The translations under genes were made by a program, and so were the position numbers. The notes under the pieces are model-generated. The model did no database searches. It was not told the DNA's origin and saw only the letters and a list, made by a program, of their open reading frames with translations. 43,877 bases of DNA from Pelomyxa schiedti (Eukaryota > Protista > Evosea), in the NCBI GenBank assembly GCA_020536535.1, contig JAHLWZ010000609.1, positions 1 to 43,877 on the forward strand, in the 5' to 3' direction. Shown here in pieces: positions 23,796 to 35,653 of this stretch (its first letter is position 1; every line of letters begins with the position of its first letter).

Positions 23796-25448
23796 TTAAT
23801 CTGTTTTCTTTTCCACTGGGCTCTGCTCCTGTTCAGGTTTTTTCTTTTGGGTGTGTTACACAGTGGTAATTGAGTGGGGTGTGGGGATACCAATGAATCG
23901 CTGGTAGGCGGTTTAGGTGGGTCCATGTCAGATGGAGAGAGCATTTCGTACCCAAAGGCCTCAAACAGGGTCTTGCAGGTTTCATTTACATCGGCTACCA
24001 GCTCACGTTTCCACTTGAAAACATTTGGTTGATATTCTGTCTGTGTCTTAAGGAACTCTTGGAATCTGGGCACGGCGGACTCATATTCTGGAATATTGAG
24101 CTCCTTATAAACACGAGATAGCTCTCTCATAGGATCCTCCATCAAATCTTCGTATTTCACCTGAGGGTACATTCAATGTACTGAACGTTACGTAGCCGAC
24201 ACTAGTACCTCAGAAAGAACCCCTGGTGGAACTGTTGCTCTGTCTTGAATATATTTACTTTCCACCGTGGCAAGAGACTCGAGAGTGTTTCTCCATATCT
24301 TTTTTTTTTTTTTTGTCGGTTAGTGCGGCATTAATCACCTTGGATAGGTACAAGATTATCATCACAGTCTTGCAGGGAGCACGCGCGGCACATGATTTGG
24401 TTCATGTTAAGGTACGAACGGGCTGTGGCATAGGGACTACGATAAATGTGAATGAATTTGCAGCCCTAACGGGAAGTAAAACCTTGGAATACAAAGGATA
24501 AAGGAAAAAGTACTGGGAACCACTTCATCAGGTGGTGCATGCGTCCTGTATTTGCAGGGTTTTTTACAAGGAGCTGTTTGCCATTCATTGCAATATGAGC
24601 TTTCCGGAGAACCTTGTATGTCAATCAGTCATCGTTTCAGAGTACTGGGGATGTGCACAGTAGCATAAGCAATTCTGATTCTGTCGATTTCAAATTGAGG
24701 CACGTCAGTTAGAGTCACGTAACGCAAGAGGTCTTTCACATTCTTGGGAAAACAGTAACAGTGGAATATGGAGTAAGGTACTCTGTCAGCTATTGCCAAC
24801 TGAGCCGTCTTAGTAAACTTACTCAGTGTGGTGTTTGCAGAACCTCTTCCTCTTGAGGACCTTCAGTCTTCAGCTCAACCTTATCAAAATCTCTATTAAC
24901 AGGCATGACTGCATCAATGAGGCCCTTGGCTACTTCAAATTCACAAAGTTCAGAGAACTTCGTGGCAAAGACCTGAGAGAAAAATTAAAAAAAGCCTCTA
25001 ACCTTTAAGTTAATTCTAAGCGAATTGAAATTTGTTGGTAACATAGGTGTTACCTGGTAACTTGGAACATATCCAAACTGTGGGTCTTGTGATATCAGAG
25101 TATGCAGTAAAGTGGTGCCTATTATTTTTAAGTAAGGGGGAAAAAAACCCCCCCAGTTTACAATCAAAAAAGCAGCTTAAATAAGTAAATTTCAATACCG
25201 CTTCGCCAGTGCCCTACGATAAAAATAGGTGGCCATATTCTACTGCGCTGCAACGTCCTGCTATTGACAAGTCGCTCCGTCATTCGCAATGGCACGGTCA
25301 GAAGTGCGAGTACGAAGAGCAACAAAACGCGCGGGAACTTGGACCAGTCCCACCCGTATCGCCAGTGCAATCTCACGCGCGTCAAAAATGAACTAATGGA
25401 GAACGCCAGCATGAACGCCACCGTCGCCCGCATCCTTGGTACCTTCAT
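23796..25448 (-). CDS. PAPS-dependent sulfotransferase (Sulfotransfer_3, Stf3-like), membrane-anchored
   Basis: The 5'-PSB motif PIFIVGHWRSGTTLLHTLISQDPQF spans an intron. Also LLVKNPANTGR, VKYEDLMEDPMRELSRVY and EYQPN. The N-terminus is hydrophobic. The last intron gives the C-terminus EQSPVEKKTD* (unspliced alternative stop at 23741). Confidence 0.88.
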
Positions 25449-25506
25449 TTTTGTTTTTGTTTTTCCCTTCAACATCGCTTCGCCGCTCCAAAACTTCTGG
25501 TGCAGA

Positions 25507-25677
25507 GTTTCCAGATCCAGCTGAATCTTAGCCTGAGGACTATCTCTTGCAGCATCCTGGTTCTGTGGATAAGAGAACTTCAGGGGGGACCCTCCTCCGC
25601 AGCTCGGATGAAGCAAATACTAGGGTCCTCAACCTGGGTTGTAGATCCCGGAGATGGATCTTTCCATCTTGGAAAAC
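25507..25677 (+). other. Candidate structured RNA element (multibranch fold) between the divergent sulfotransferase and PH genes
   Basis: Helices: CCTGAGG/CTTCAGG, TCTCTT/AAGAGA, ATCC/GGAT, GGGGACCCT/AGGGTCCTC, CTGGG/CCCGG, with closing AGATCCA/TGGATCT. G-U pairs favour the plus strand. Confidence 0.35.
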
Positions 25678-25747
25678 AGCAGATAATTGACAAATAATAA
25701 ACAACAACGCCACAACGCTCCGTCCGATCGGGTGTGGTGTCGCGACC

Positions 25748-26637
25748 ATGAGTACCAAGCACCCAGAGCTACGTAAGTTGGAGCACGTAAACGTGGACGA
25801 TCTCATGTCGCAAGGGACCGTGGACAAGGACGGCTACTTGCACAAGGTTGGATGAATACGAGTTAATATAAGGGAAAATGAGTTGACGCTACTACAACCC
25901 CTAACTCAAATCAAACAATTAGGAGGGAGGGCACTTCAAGTCATGGAAAAGACGTTGGTGTATTCTCCGTGGAGCCACTTGTGCGCACTTACTTATCTAT
26001 CTTATCTATTACATATAGAAACCACTAATAGCAGCTTATTGCAGTATATTATTTCTCGGCTCCACATTCTTGTTTTTGTAAAGGAGCGGTGATACTGGAT
26101 CCCCACGCCGAGGCAGTGCCAGGGACTCCCTTTCATAAGAGTGATTCCAAGCACGCGTACTTCACGGTAAAAACTCGGCAGCGCATGCTGCACATGTACG
26201 CCAACTCACACCCGGAGATGGAGTCCTGGGTCACAACCGTAAACGTGATTGCAACATCGCTCCTGCAGCAGGTTCACGACCGGTCGCTATCACTCTCCAG
26301 CGCCGCCAGCCTTCCCACACCTCTCAGCCTCTCCTCGCCATTGTTACTCTCGCCGTCGTCATCTTCAACCACAACTAGTTCCACAACATCCACATCAAAT
26401 ACATCCACATCCAGATCTTACAGCATGTGCGTTCACGCGCCATCTCAGGGTAACACAATGAATACTGAGGCTCACAATCAGAGATCCAATAGTTTTGGTG
26501 AAGATGTACCGGTGGCCGTTGTTCCGTCGTTGGTATCAATGCCATTACCTCTGCATGTGCCCCAACTCTACACAAAAAGCAAGCAGAAAAAGACCAAAAG
26601 CACCACCAGCTCCAACGACAATGATCTCGACTTGTAA
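25748..26637 (+). CDS. PH-domain protein with low-complexity tail
   Basis: Spliced frame KDGYLHKEGGHFKSWKRRWCILRGATLYYF...KGAVIL...FTVKTRQRMLHMYANSHPEMESWVTTV. Confidence 0.88.
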
Positions 26638-26822
26638 AAAATTGTAGAAGTAATGATAAAAAAAAAAAAAACATTTTGTGTCAGGCTCGCCGTTTTGGTG
26701 GCAGGGCATTGGTGTCTTTTTTTGGACAACACCGAAAAGACCAACTTGTAAAAACCAACAACAAGCGACAGAACGAATTCGAAAAAAAACAAAACAAAAG
26801 GCAAACATAAAGGACAAGATCC

Positions 26823-28862
26823 ATGGCGGCAACTACCGCACCAAAAAAGAAGAAGGTCGACGTGTTGAAGGACTATGCCAAATCCAAGGGACCTGCGTTA
26901 GATCTGAGCGGTACGCCGACAATCTATGCCCGTCTCCGCTTCGTGACACTAAACAAGCGCGTTTTTAGATACCGACATAGTGTTGGGTGGCGGGTTGGCA
27001 ATTTACATGCGAAACGTGCAAACTCTTAACCTCAGCAGTGAGTACTCGCCCGCTTAAAAAAACCCATTAACACACGTCAAAAAAAATAACGTTGCGAAGG
27101 AACGGATTTCCAAGCAGGGTCTGAAGAGTTTTGGAATGTTGTAACAACAAGCAGAGTTCTCACCTCATTGCACCTTTCCGGTTTCTACTTCACTATTTTG
27201 ATCGGAACTTTTAAGTCCTCACAGGGGCAAAGTTAACACAAAAGGCAGCCGACGGTCTATGCAAAGCACTTAAAACCACCAAGATTGAGTCCCTAGATAT
27301 TTCAGGTTATATCACGAACATAAACATCACTATTTCCAACTAACACAAACATCAAGGTAATCCTGACCTGGGAGATGATGCAGGGCGACAAATACTTGAT
27401 GCCATTACTCCTCAAGTCAAAGAGCTGAAGTGCAGTGGTGTGCGATATCATTAGTTTTCTTTCGAGGAATAATTGTCCTGTAGGATGCTTCTCACAGGAT
27501 GTACACCGTCAATTAATGGAGAAGGTAAATTCTAACCGTCGTATGTTCAATACTTGTTCTCATACTTTTTTTAACCCTGCTATTTGTGACAGAGTTAAAA
27601 GGTCTGTCCGTTGATCCTGTTTCAGATTCCAATCTGCACCCTTCTTTTCCTTCCACATCTAGCTACGTGGCACCTCCTGGGGTTTCCCCAGCTCCAGCTC
27701 CATCAAGTTCCAATCCTAATATGGCACCAAGTACTCCAATTACCACACAACCAATGAATCCCCCTCCAAAAATTACTCCAAGGCCTAATGTTTCTCCAAA
27801 GCCTAATCCTCCTCCAAAGCCCATCACACTTGTAGACGCTGGCACTCCCACAACTGCCCAACCCTCCCGGTCGCCAATTCCTCAACAGCTCAGCAATCCA
27901 CCAGTGACTTCAGAACCACAACCATTCAGCTCCAACCCCCCAACAGGGCAACCAGACCAACCACCCCCACAGCAACCATATACCACAACCCCACAAGGGT
28001 ATGCCACACAAACACAACAGGGATACACCACACAGATACAACAGGGGTACACCGGACAGCCACAGCAGGGATACACCACACCGACACAACAAGGATACAC
28101 CACATCAACACCAACACCAACACCAACACCAACACAAACACAAACACAACAGGGATACACCGGACAGCCACAGCAGGGATACACTGTACCAGCACAAACA
28201 TATCCCACCCAATCACAACAGGGGTTTCTCCAGCAGGACCCGTCTTTGCTGCAGCCCTCCCCCCAAGTGCAGACAGAAGATCCTAACCAGGAAAATGGAC
28301 CGCAGCAGCCGCAACAACCAGCATCAACAGAAATCCGCGGGGAGGGGCCAACGGACGTTGTAGAAGTTGAGCAGCCTGCATCTAATCCTGTCGAAAACTA
28401 TCAGTACGCTTTTTCATTCTTATTGACATGGAATCTTTTACCAGTGGATTAGGTGGGTGAGTCATGCTTCTAGTGCCGGCTTCAACTACTTCTATCCTCG
28501 TGAAACAATCGAGCAATTCAGCATTGACCAAATGATTTTCTTGGTTAATGAGCTGACCAAGGCACTTTCAGCAGTTGCACAGCTTCCACCTCAAGAAACT
28601 GAGATATTGATAGCAACGAGAGAAGAGGCCCTCCGTGCCAACACCATAGACGGCCGGCTTGCCTGGGAAATGTCAACTGAAGACTGGACCGCAATGGAGG
28701 GATTTTCGTCCGACTTTGCTGCTGCTATCATTCAAACAATACGCTATGTACACGCTAGTAACGCGGGTAACTAGTGACTCAGTCCAAGACTTTGTTGCAC
28801 CTCCCTCCCAACCACCCCAACCATTTATGGTGAGAAAAAAACCATTGCATTATTCTAGTTGA
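26823..28862 (+). CDS. LRR (RI-like) protein with Pro/Gln/Tyr-rich repeat region and small C-terminal helical domain
   Basis: LRR pieces ALDLSG, LCKALKTTKIESLDISGNPDLGDDAGRQILDAI and VKELKCSG lie across short introns, followed by QQGYT repeats. Exon boundaries are approximate. Confidence 0.65.
27975..28205 (+). repeat. Coding ~24-nt minisatellite (QQGYTxxx)n plus (ACACCA)n
   Basis: Repeated CAACAGGGATACACC units; GYTGQPQQGYT occurs twice. Confidence 0.85.
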
Positions 28863-29016
28863 AATTCCCGTTTTGTGTTACTCCTTGGGGTGATAGGCTA
28901 AAGAAAGACATTATACTTTACTTTCTTTATTCTATTAGTGTTGTGTGGTAGTGAGGTACTGCTACTGCGTGGTTGGGGTTGGGGTTGGGGTTGGGCCTAG
29001 AATATCCTATCCACAG

Positions 29017-32000
29017 TCAACCACCAGAATAGGCTGCATTCCAATGAGTGGCTATTGTTTCACACACATGATCAAAAGTGGGCCTGGCTGTGGGGTTGGG
29101 TTCCCAACAACTCTCCATCATGTACACAAGCCACTCTTCACATTCCCACTTTGGAGTGACTGGGAAAGGCCCCAGTGCAGGGATACTGAAAGTGGTGGGC
29201 TGTGCACCCTGGAGCTCAGGCTGTGTAAAGCAGGTTTCCATGGGACTGTTACTGGATGGCACTGGTACGCTCGGCGAACACTCTCCTTGCTGTAGGGCCT
29301 TGCGCAGAACTATCTCGTTGAGCACAGGTATGTGGGTGGTACTGTCGAGAATAAGATACTTTGGGGTGCTAAGCAAGTGATCAAAGGGCTTGGTGAAAGG
29401 ATCAAGAAGGTATCTGTGGTTGGGGGTTGTTGGTAAAGAAAACAGGAAGGTAAAGAATGGGAGGGATTTCACCTACAAAGTAGTCCAAAATTGTATACGT
29501 CCGACGCGAGGGTACAGGGACCCCCATTCATAGCCTCGGGGGAATTGGTTTCTGGATTATACCGGGCTGGCACATAGGTGGGTGCGTATGAGTGGCCATG
29601 TCGGTGATTCTTTATAAGAAGCTGCCCAAGTCCGAAGTCGGCAACCTGTTATGTGTTGGGAATTATTTTTGGAGACACTCTAACCTTGGCATGGCACACA
29701 CTCTGAACAAATACATTTCCTTGTGGGATTTTAAATACCGAATGGAACGAGAAAAAAGTACCTGGGTGTAAGTCGGAGTGGAAAATACCTCGGGAGTGCA
29801 GATGACGCATAGCAGTGGCAATATCAAGAAGCATAGAAACAAGATCTTTTTTCGGGAGAATGTAGGAATAAGCCATTCGACAGAAATGAAGGGTTCGTGT
29901 GGAGAGCTGGATTCCATCACGTAGGTGCTCAATCAAATAGCTTAGATCTGGGCATGGTAGGCAACCCAGAAGTTTATTGGCCAAGGGTATCGACGGAGGT
30001 GGAATAAACTCAACAATCATTTGTAATTCAGTGCGTTTTGTTCCTGATATACCAAGTAATCTGATCAGGTTGGGGTGTTCTGCCATTTTCATGAGGGTTA
30101 CTTCTAACTTGAACTGAAGAAATGCTTCTACAGTATTTCCCTTTAGTTTTTTTACTGCCATTGGATGTGGGTGTCCCTTCCTTATATCATATGCTTTGTA
30201 TACATGGCCATATGCGCCATTGCCAATGAGAGAGAGCGGGCACATAAACTCCCCAGGAAAGTAGTTTACAAACAAAGAAAACACATCCGGTGCTACTGTT
30301 TCAATGTCAACTTGATGAGTTTCATTTATGAGGCATTGTAGTTTGGCACCTTCCGAGGCTAACTCAACACAAGTATCTATTGTCCAGTAGTGGACAGGAA
30401 GTAATGTAGTGGGATTCATTTCTGGGGCAAAAACTGGTAAAACTTTTGTTGCAGAGAGATATTCACATAAGCAATGTGGACAAGGCACAAAGAGTTGTTG
30501 TGTTATGTTTGCTGTTCCTCTCACAAGAATCCCTTCCACAAATAGAAGAAGTTGTGTGAAGGGATTAGCCATGCCACTAAGATTTTGGGCCAGAAAGGCA
30601 CAAATGAACAATTGTTTCTTTTCCTCATACAAACTGATGAGTACTTGCTCATTGTTTCTTTCTAACAGCATACCAGTGGCCCAAACTGTTGTTACAGAAA
30701 ATTCATCTGAAAAGTGAATGCCTGAAAGGATCTGATTGAACAGTCCTTCAGTGTCTTCAAGTGTAATGAGTCTTCCTTGGATGTAATGACGTTCCAGAGG
30801 TGCACGCAAAGGTTCATTCAATGGAGGTAAGAGAAATCTGACAAATAGACGAATTGGAGTTTCTGGTGTGCTCCAGATTTCTGCAAGGTCCAAAAACTTC
30901 AGAAGAGTAATTTGGGTTGGAGTAATGCCAGAAGCTTCGTAGTCCGCCTGTAGAATCAAGGGCACTTTGTTGTAGTGCCTAGTTGCAGAAACCAAATCCA
31001 CAAGTCTCAATATTGTTGGCAGAAAACTATGAGGGTTGACAACTACGATATCGGGATAGTTTTCTTCTATTATGTGGCAGATCTGGGGTCGGAATCGCGC
31101 GATAGTGCCACTCTTTTCGAAAAATTCAGAGCATAAACGCATCTCTGTGGGCATGATCCGTCCTTCTCCACATGCTTCGGATTGACAGAATTTCGAGAAG
31201 TCATTCCATGACATAAGAGCCAGATTTCTCTTTTGAAGACTCTTTCGGAGAGCCAGCCATGAAGAGGGAACAAAAGCGGTCAGGCCATGGGATGGCATGT
31301 AGGAGATAGTGGGTAGGTAATATTCAGCAAACATTGCATCAAATATGATTTCAATTCCACCACGTCTCAAAAAAACACCTCTCCTCCTGTCCACTTCAAT
31401 AAGTTTCATGGGTTTCACGGAATTCACGATAATAATCGAGCAGATGGATGAATAGAGATGCTTTCCACAGTGCACATTCACCCCAGTCAAAATTCTGCCT
31501 ACTTTATCCTCAACGCAATCTGAGTTGGGGCTATACCCAACTAGCACAACGGGGACTGTGAGATATTTCTTGATGTTCTTCAGCCATTTCCCAATGAAGT
31601 CAATACTGTCTGCATCACTTTCATAGAGCTCAAAAAACAGGAGATACCGAGAACCCATCTGGCTAAAAACCTTGAGGGCAGGATGGATCACATCTTTTAA
31701 AAAAAAAAAAACCATTTATTTGGAAGGGTGATAAACAATACAATTTACCTTCACTTGTTGTATGTGTTGAATTTAGTGTAGCCTTGGCTCTAGGCATAGC
31801 CACAAGGGCACTTATGTCAAAAACACTCAAAATCCACTTGGTGGTTCCTACTTGGAAGGGTATTTCATGGATATTGGAATCTAATAAATCTGAAGAGATT
31901 TTGGGAGGTGTAGCCTCAATACGCATTGTCTTGCGGCCAAATTGTGCCATAGAGTTAAGCAAGTCCCCTAAAATGGGGATAGTCGATGCAGTAATAAGTT

Positions 32001-35000
32001 TCATTTGGTTCCATTCTACTACAGCCTTCGAAAAAAATACTTCTTCTCGCAAACCGGAAGTCCACTCTATTCTTGTATGGGTGATAGGATTAGAACCCAG
32101 ATGAACAGTTTTGATATCAAAAGTGCATGTTGGGAGATGCTCCAGCTGATTGCGCTCAAGATGCAGGTCAAAGGTATGGAAGAGTGTGCAGAATTCAGGG
32201 GGAATGTTTTGTAATCTCATATTTGATAGATACAGCACAGGAACGAAAATTTCACAATTGTTTGATAAGGTCCAATTCTCATGTGATTTGAGGTATTGCC
32301 TTGCAAGAAAATTCCCTGTGCGTTCGAAGATGCTAAATGAGTGGGAACTATACAGAAACTTGATTACAGATGCACGCAAAAGTGGGGGGAGGCCACTGAC
32401 ACCAATAATTCTCTCTGTAATAAGCTGGGAGAGCACAAAGGATAGCAGAGGTTCATAAGGCTCTTTCGGCCATTCAGGAAAGGGAAGGTGTCTCGGAAAA
32501 AGCAGGTTAATAAGAGCACCTTGGGTATTATCACCCAGTAGAGTACCCTTGGGTGGGAACAGCATAGGGCATTTTCCAAAAATACGTTTGTGTGACGCTA
32601 TTACAGATATAATGTGAATGAGGTCACTGAAGTGTCTGTCACAAGCATTTTGAAGGAGTACATCTGTGTAGTGACTGATACAGGTACATGGCGTTGCCTG
32701 AATGGCTTCGTCACAGCAGCATAGGTATTTTAAAAAAAATTTCAGAAATTCTTGATTGTGTTGCAAAATGGTTTTGTTTTGAGCAAATCCTGCTTTAGTG
32801 TGAGCTCAACCTTCATAGAGGGGAAGAAAGAAAACCAGGAAATTCCAGTCTCCTTAGAGTTACATTTTCCCTAAGACATCCAATGACTTGCTGAGCAATT
32901 TCCTAGATCACGGTAAAGGTATCGCTTCAGTGAAAAATGTACCACAGGAAGTTCAGATGGGAATATGTCGTTTGCAATCAGTGCTGTTAGTGTATTGTTA
33001 CACTTGAGAGAACAGAGAATGCTAACAAATTTGTGAGGCGGAAATGTATTTCCTATAAGTTGTTTTGGTAACTTGAAGAAGAGAAATCTAAATATAACTG
33101 CTAATGTTAAGATACGACAGTGAAGTGTTCGTTGTGAGAATGTCGGCAATTATACTTGCCCCCTCTGCATTCAATGAATTTCCTGATGATTTTGGTAAAT
33201 GACATAGTGCTGGAGGAGGAGTACCTTGAAGATCCAGTGCCCTTAGTGAAGTGTGGGCATGTATTGCACTGGAAAGAAGGTTCAACCCTGAAGAATCAAC
33301 CCCAGCATCTTATATTGGTCAAAACCATATTATATCAGGAAGGGAGACTCACTCGCCAGTATGATGACAGATAAACTTGATGAAGCTGGGTATCTTAGGG
33401 ATTCCAACAAACCCTCTGTTGGTTGTTTTTCTTTTTCCTTCCAATTGTTTCTACATTGTAGAGTTTTCGGCAGCATTACCTTGGTCTTTGAAAGAGGTGA
33501 AGATATAGAACCATCTTGCCTAACAAGAGCCACAACAGAGTTACTGGTATCTAAACTGTCCGAATTGAGACGCTTAAAAGGTCAAATAGTGAGGTGGGCC
33601 AAAAATTGTGAATGATGAGTACCTTTCCCAAAAAAGATAGTGTTTCAGGATTCTCTGAGGCACCATACTCCAGCAAAAAAGAGCAGTCCTTAGGATCACT
33701 GATAGTCTTAAATATGTGACTGAGGTCCTATCTGCATTCATTATACATCTCTATTCATTAGAAGTTTACCTTTGTACTGGCCCCAGCCTCAAGCAAAATC
33801 CGTGCACAGGGCACCTGTTTGTTTCCCACTGCTAGATCCAGAGGAGTCTATTTGACGTGGTTAAATTTTTACCTTGAATTATTAAATCATAATTGCAGGT
33901 ATCAGGCAAAAGCTACCGGATTTTGCTGAAGAAGAGGTGAGTTGAAACAATAATATTGAATATTGTTACATACTCGAGGATTGACTTCTGCACCTTCACG
34001 AAGTGCAGAGACCACCTTAGTTAGTAACCCACATGTAATAGCCTTGCACAACTGTTGTGTTTGTGACAGATTAATGTAAAAATGAAAATGGCGGGTACTT
34101 TTGATGCCTGAAGCTGTATCAAAATTTCGATTTTGTTTGAACGTTCCGCTGTTTCAAATGCCGTGAATGACATGTTGTTACAGCGCGACACTGCATCAGT
34201 GCATGTGCGCTTATGTTGGAGAAGTTCTTCAATAACACGTGAATGACCATCCTCAATGGCAATCCCCAATGGCGTAAGATTCTTCCTCTGGTAAGTGCAA
34301 AATTTGTTGGGATCTCCTTGGTGCTTCCCGGTTTTGCCTAACATAATGTGCACAACTTCGTGGTGACCATAGTGACAGGCCGCAAGCATAGGAGAAAGCT
34401 CTCCTTCAGAAATTACACAGGTGGTGTTAGGATCTACTTCGTCTAGTAGCTGAGTGACCGCTTCTACCGTTCCTGAACAAGAGGCTGTCATCATTCTAAA
34501 AAAATTGCAGTGCCTCTGTTGTTCCTGATCTAAGGCAAGCTTCTGCATTACAGAAAAAGTTAGGAAATATTCGATTGAAGGATGAATATCCTCACTGGAG
34601 AAACATTTGCAATTAACTCTGGAGAAATATTTGCAATTAACTCTTGGAGAGTGCAACCAGAACGCCACAAATCCGCTAATTTGAGTTCTTCAAATGTCCT
34701 TTTGGTTTGACCTTTTTTATTTTTATCAATTGATTAGTGGGAGGAAGAAAAAAAGGAGAAGAAATTCTGACTTGCTGCTGAGTGGATAAAGTATCCCACT
34801 TCAGGTTTTGTTCTAGGGTACTCACTGCAATCCATTAAAATGAGCCCAACTGCTAATGTCAAAATATACCTGGGTAGTCGTATTTGCACATGTACTTGTT
34901 GTTGGCTGTCAATCTTGGAAGTTGGTAATTCATAGTCAATGCACACCCCTTTACCAGTTGTTGAACCTCCTGCAAAAATTAGGCTCAAAGCAAAAAACAG

Positions 35001-35275
35001 AAAAAATAAAAAAAAAGGGATGACAAAGCACCTTGGGGCGCAAACTCAAGTTTACAAAGGGATCTATCTAATTCCATGATCTCGTCTACAAGACTTTCAC
35101 GAACATTTTGTTCATAGCAATCGCAAACTTGTCTCGCGCGATCACGTTTGTTGGGAAAGCGCCCACTGTCGACAGAAGAAAGAAATTGAGGGGACGATGA
35201 CGAGTTAAAAGCCTCAGTTATGGGATGCACTGTCGACGCTGATGACGAAGACGCCGAAACCCACCATGATGACAT
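29017..35275 (-). CDS. Roco-like multidomain kinase: RWD/UBC-like - ankyrin - LRR - degenerate Roc - COR - TKL kinase
   Basis: N-terminal VQIRLPSEYPRTKP, then ankyrin motifs SPMLAACHYGHHEVV and TPLGIAIEDGH. RI-like LRRs LRALDLQGNSL and LSYLNIS are followed by short LRRs LYLSNMRL and LHLERNQL. COR-like VPSSWLALRKSL and CPHC. Kinase motifs: GNGAYGHVY, AVKKL, HPNLIRLLG, HSDLHPGN, VADFG, DVYNFG and CWEPNPTARPTF. Confidence 0.8.
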
Positions 35276-35487
35276 TTCGGAATTATTTTCCGCCCACAAT
35301 TCCTCACTCAATGACTGCCTTGTGCTTCCTCTAGTTCCTTTGGGACCTCACGTCACAATATGCCTTGGCCAAATTCCAAATTGTTCAAGAAAACCACCAC
35401 CAATGCCACGAAATCGACCAATTTGGAACAACAAATTCCAGACCAAAAATTTTCCCAACATCTACTAGCTGAAACACTGGTTCACTG

Positions 35488-35640
35488 AAACTTACATAAC
35501 GTGGTGTGGGTTTTCTCCCACTTGTGCGCCTTTGTGGAAGGAGTTGAAAGGCTGGTCCCAAAGCGAAGAGTGTGGTTGTGGGCACGAAGTTGGTTCCACT
35601 GTCTCGATTGAAAATTTGAAATCCTCTCTGCGTAACAGGA
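35488..35640 (+). other. Element colinear with the 5201-5414 candidate snRNA; U1-like 5' ACUUAC; may instead be the SKI2 promoter/5'UTR
   Basis: Shares the ordered blocks GGUGUGGG, GCG, GUGGAA, AAAGG, GUCCYARAG, UUCCAC and UUUGAAAU(G)CCUCUC with the 5.4-kb element. Confidence 0.25.
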
Positions 35641-35653
35641 CACGGAAACTGTG

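Noticed and set aside
28971-28995. (TTGGGG)n telomere-like / G-quadruplex run
   Set aside because: Only about four units, in a 3' region of a genome rich in short microsatellites.
34595-34649. 24-nt tandem duplication
   Set aside because: An in-frame coding duplication (ELIANISP/ELIANVSP), not a CRISPR array or regulatory repeat.
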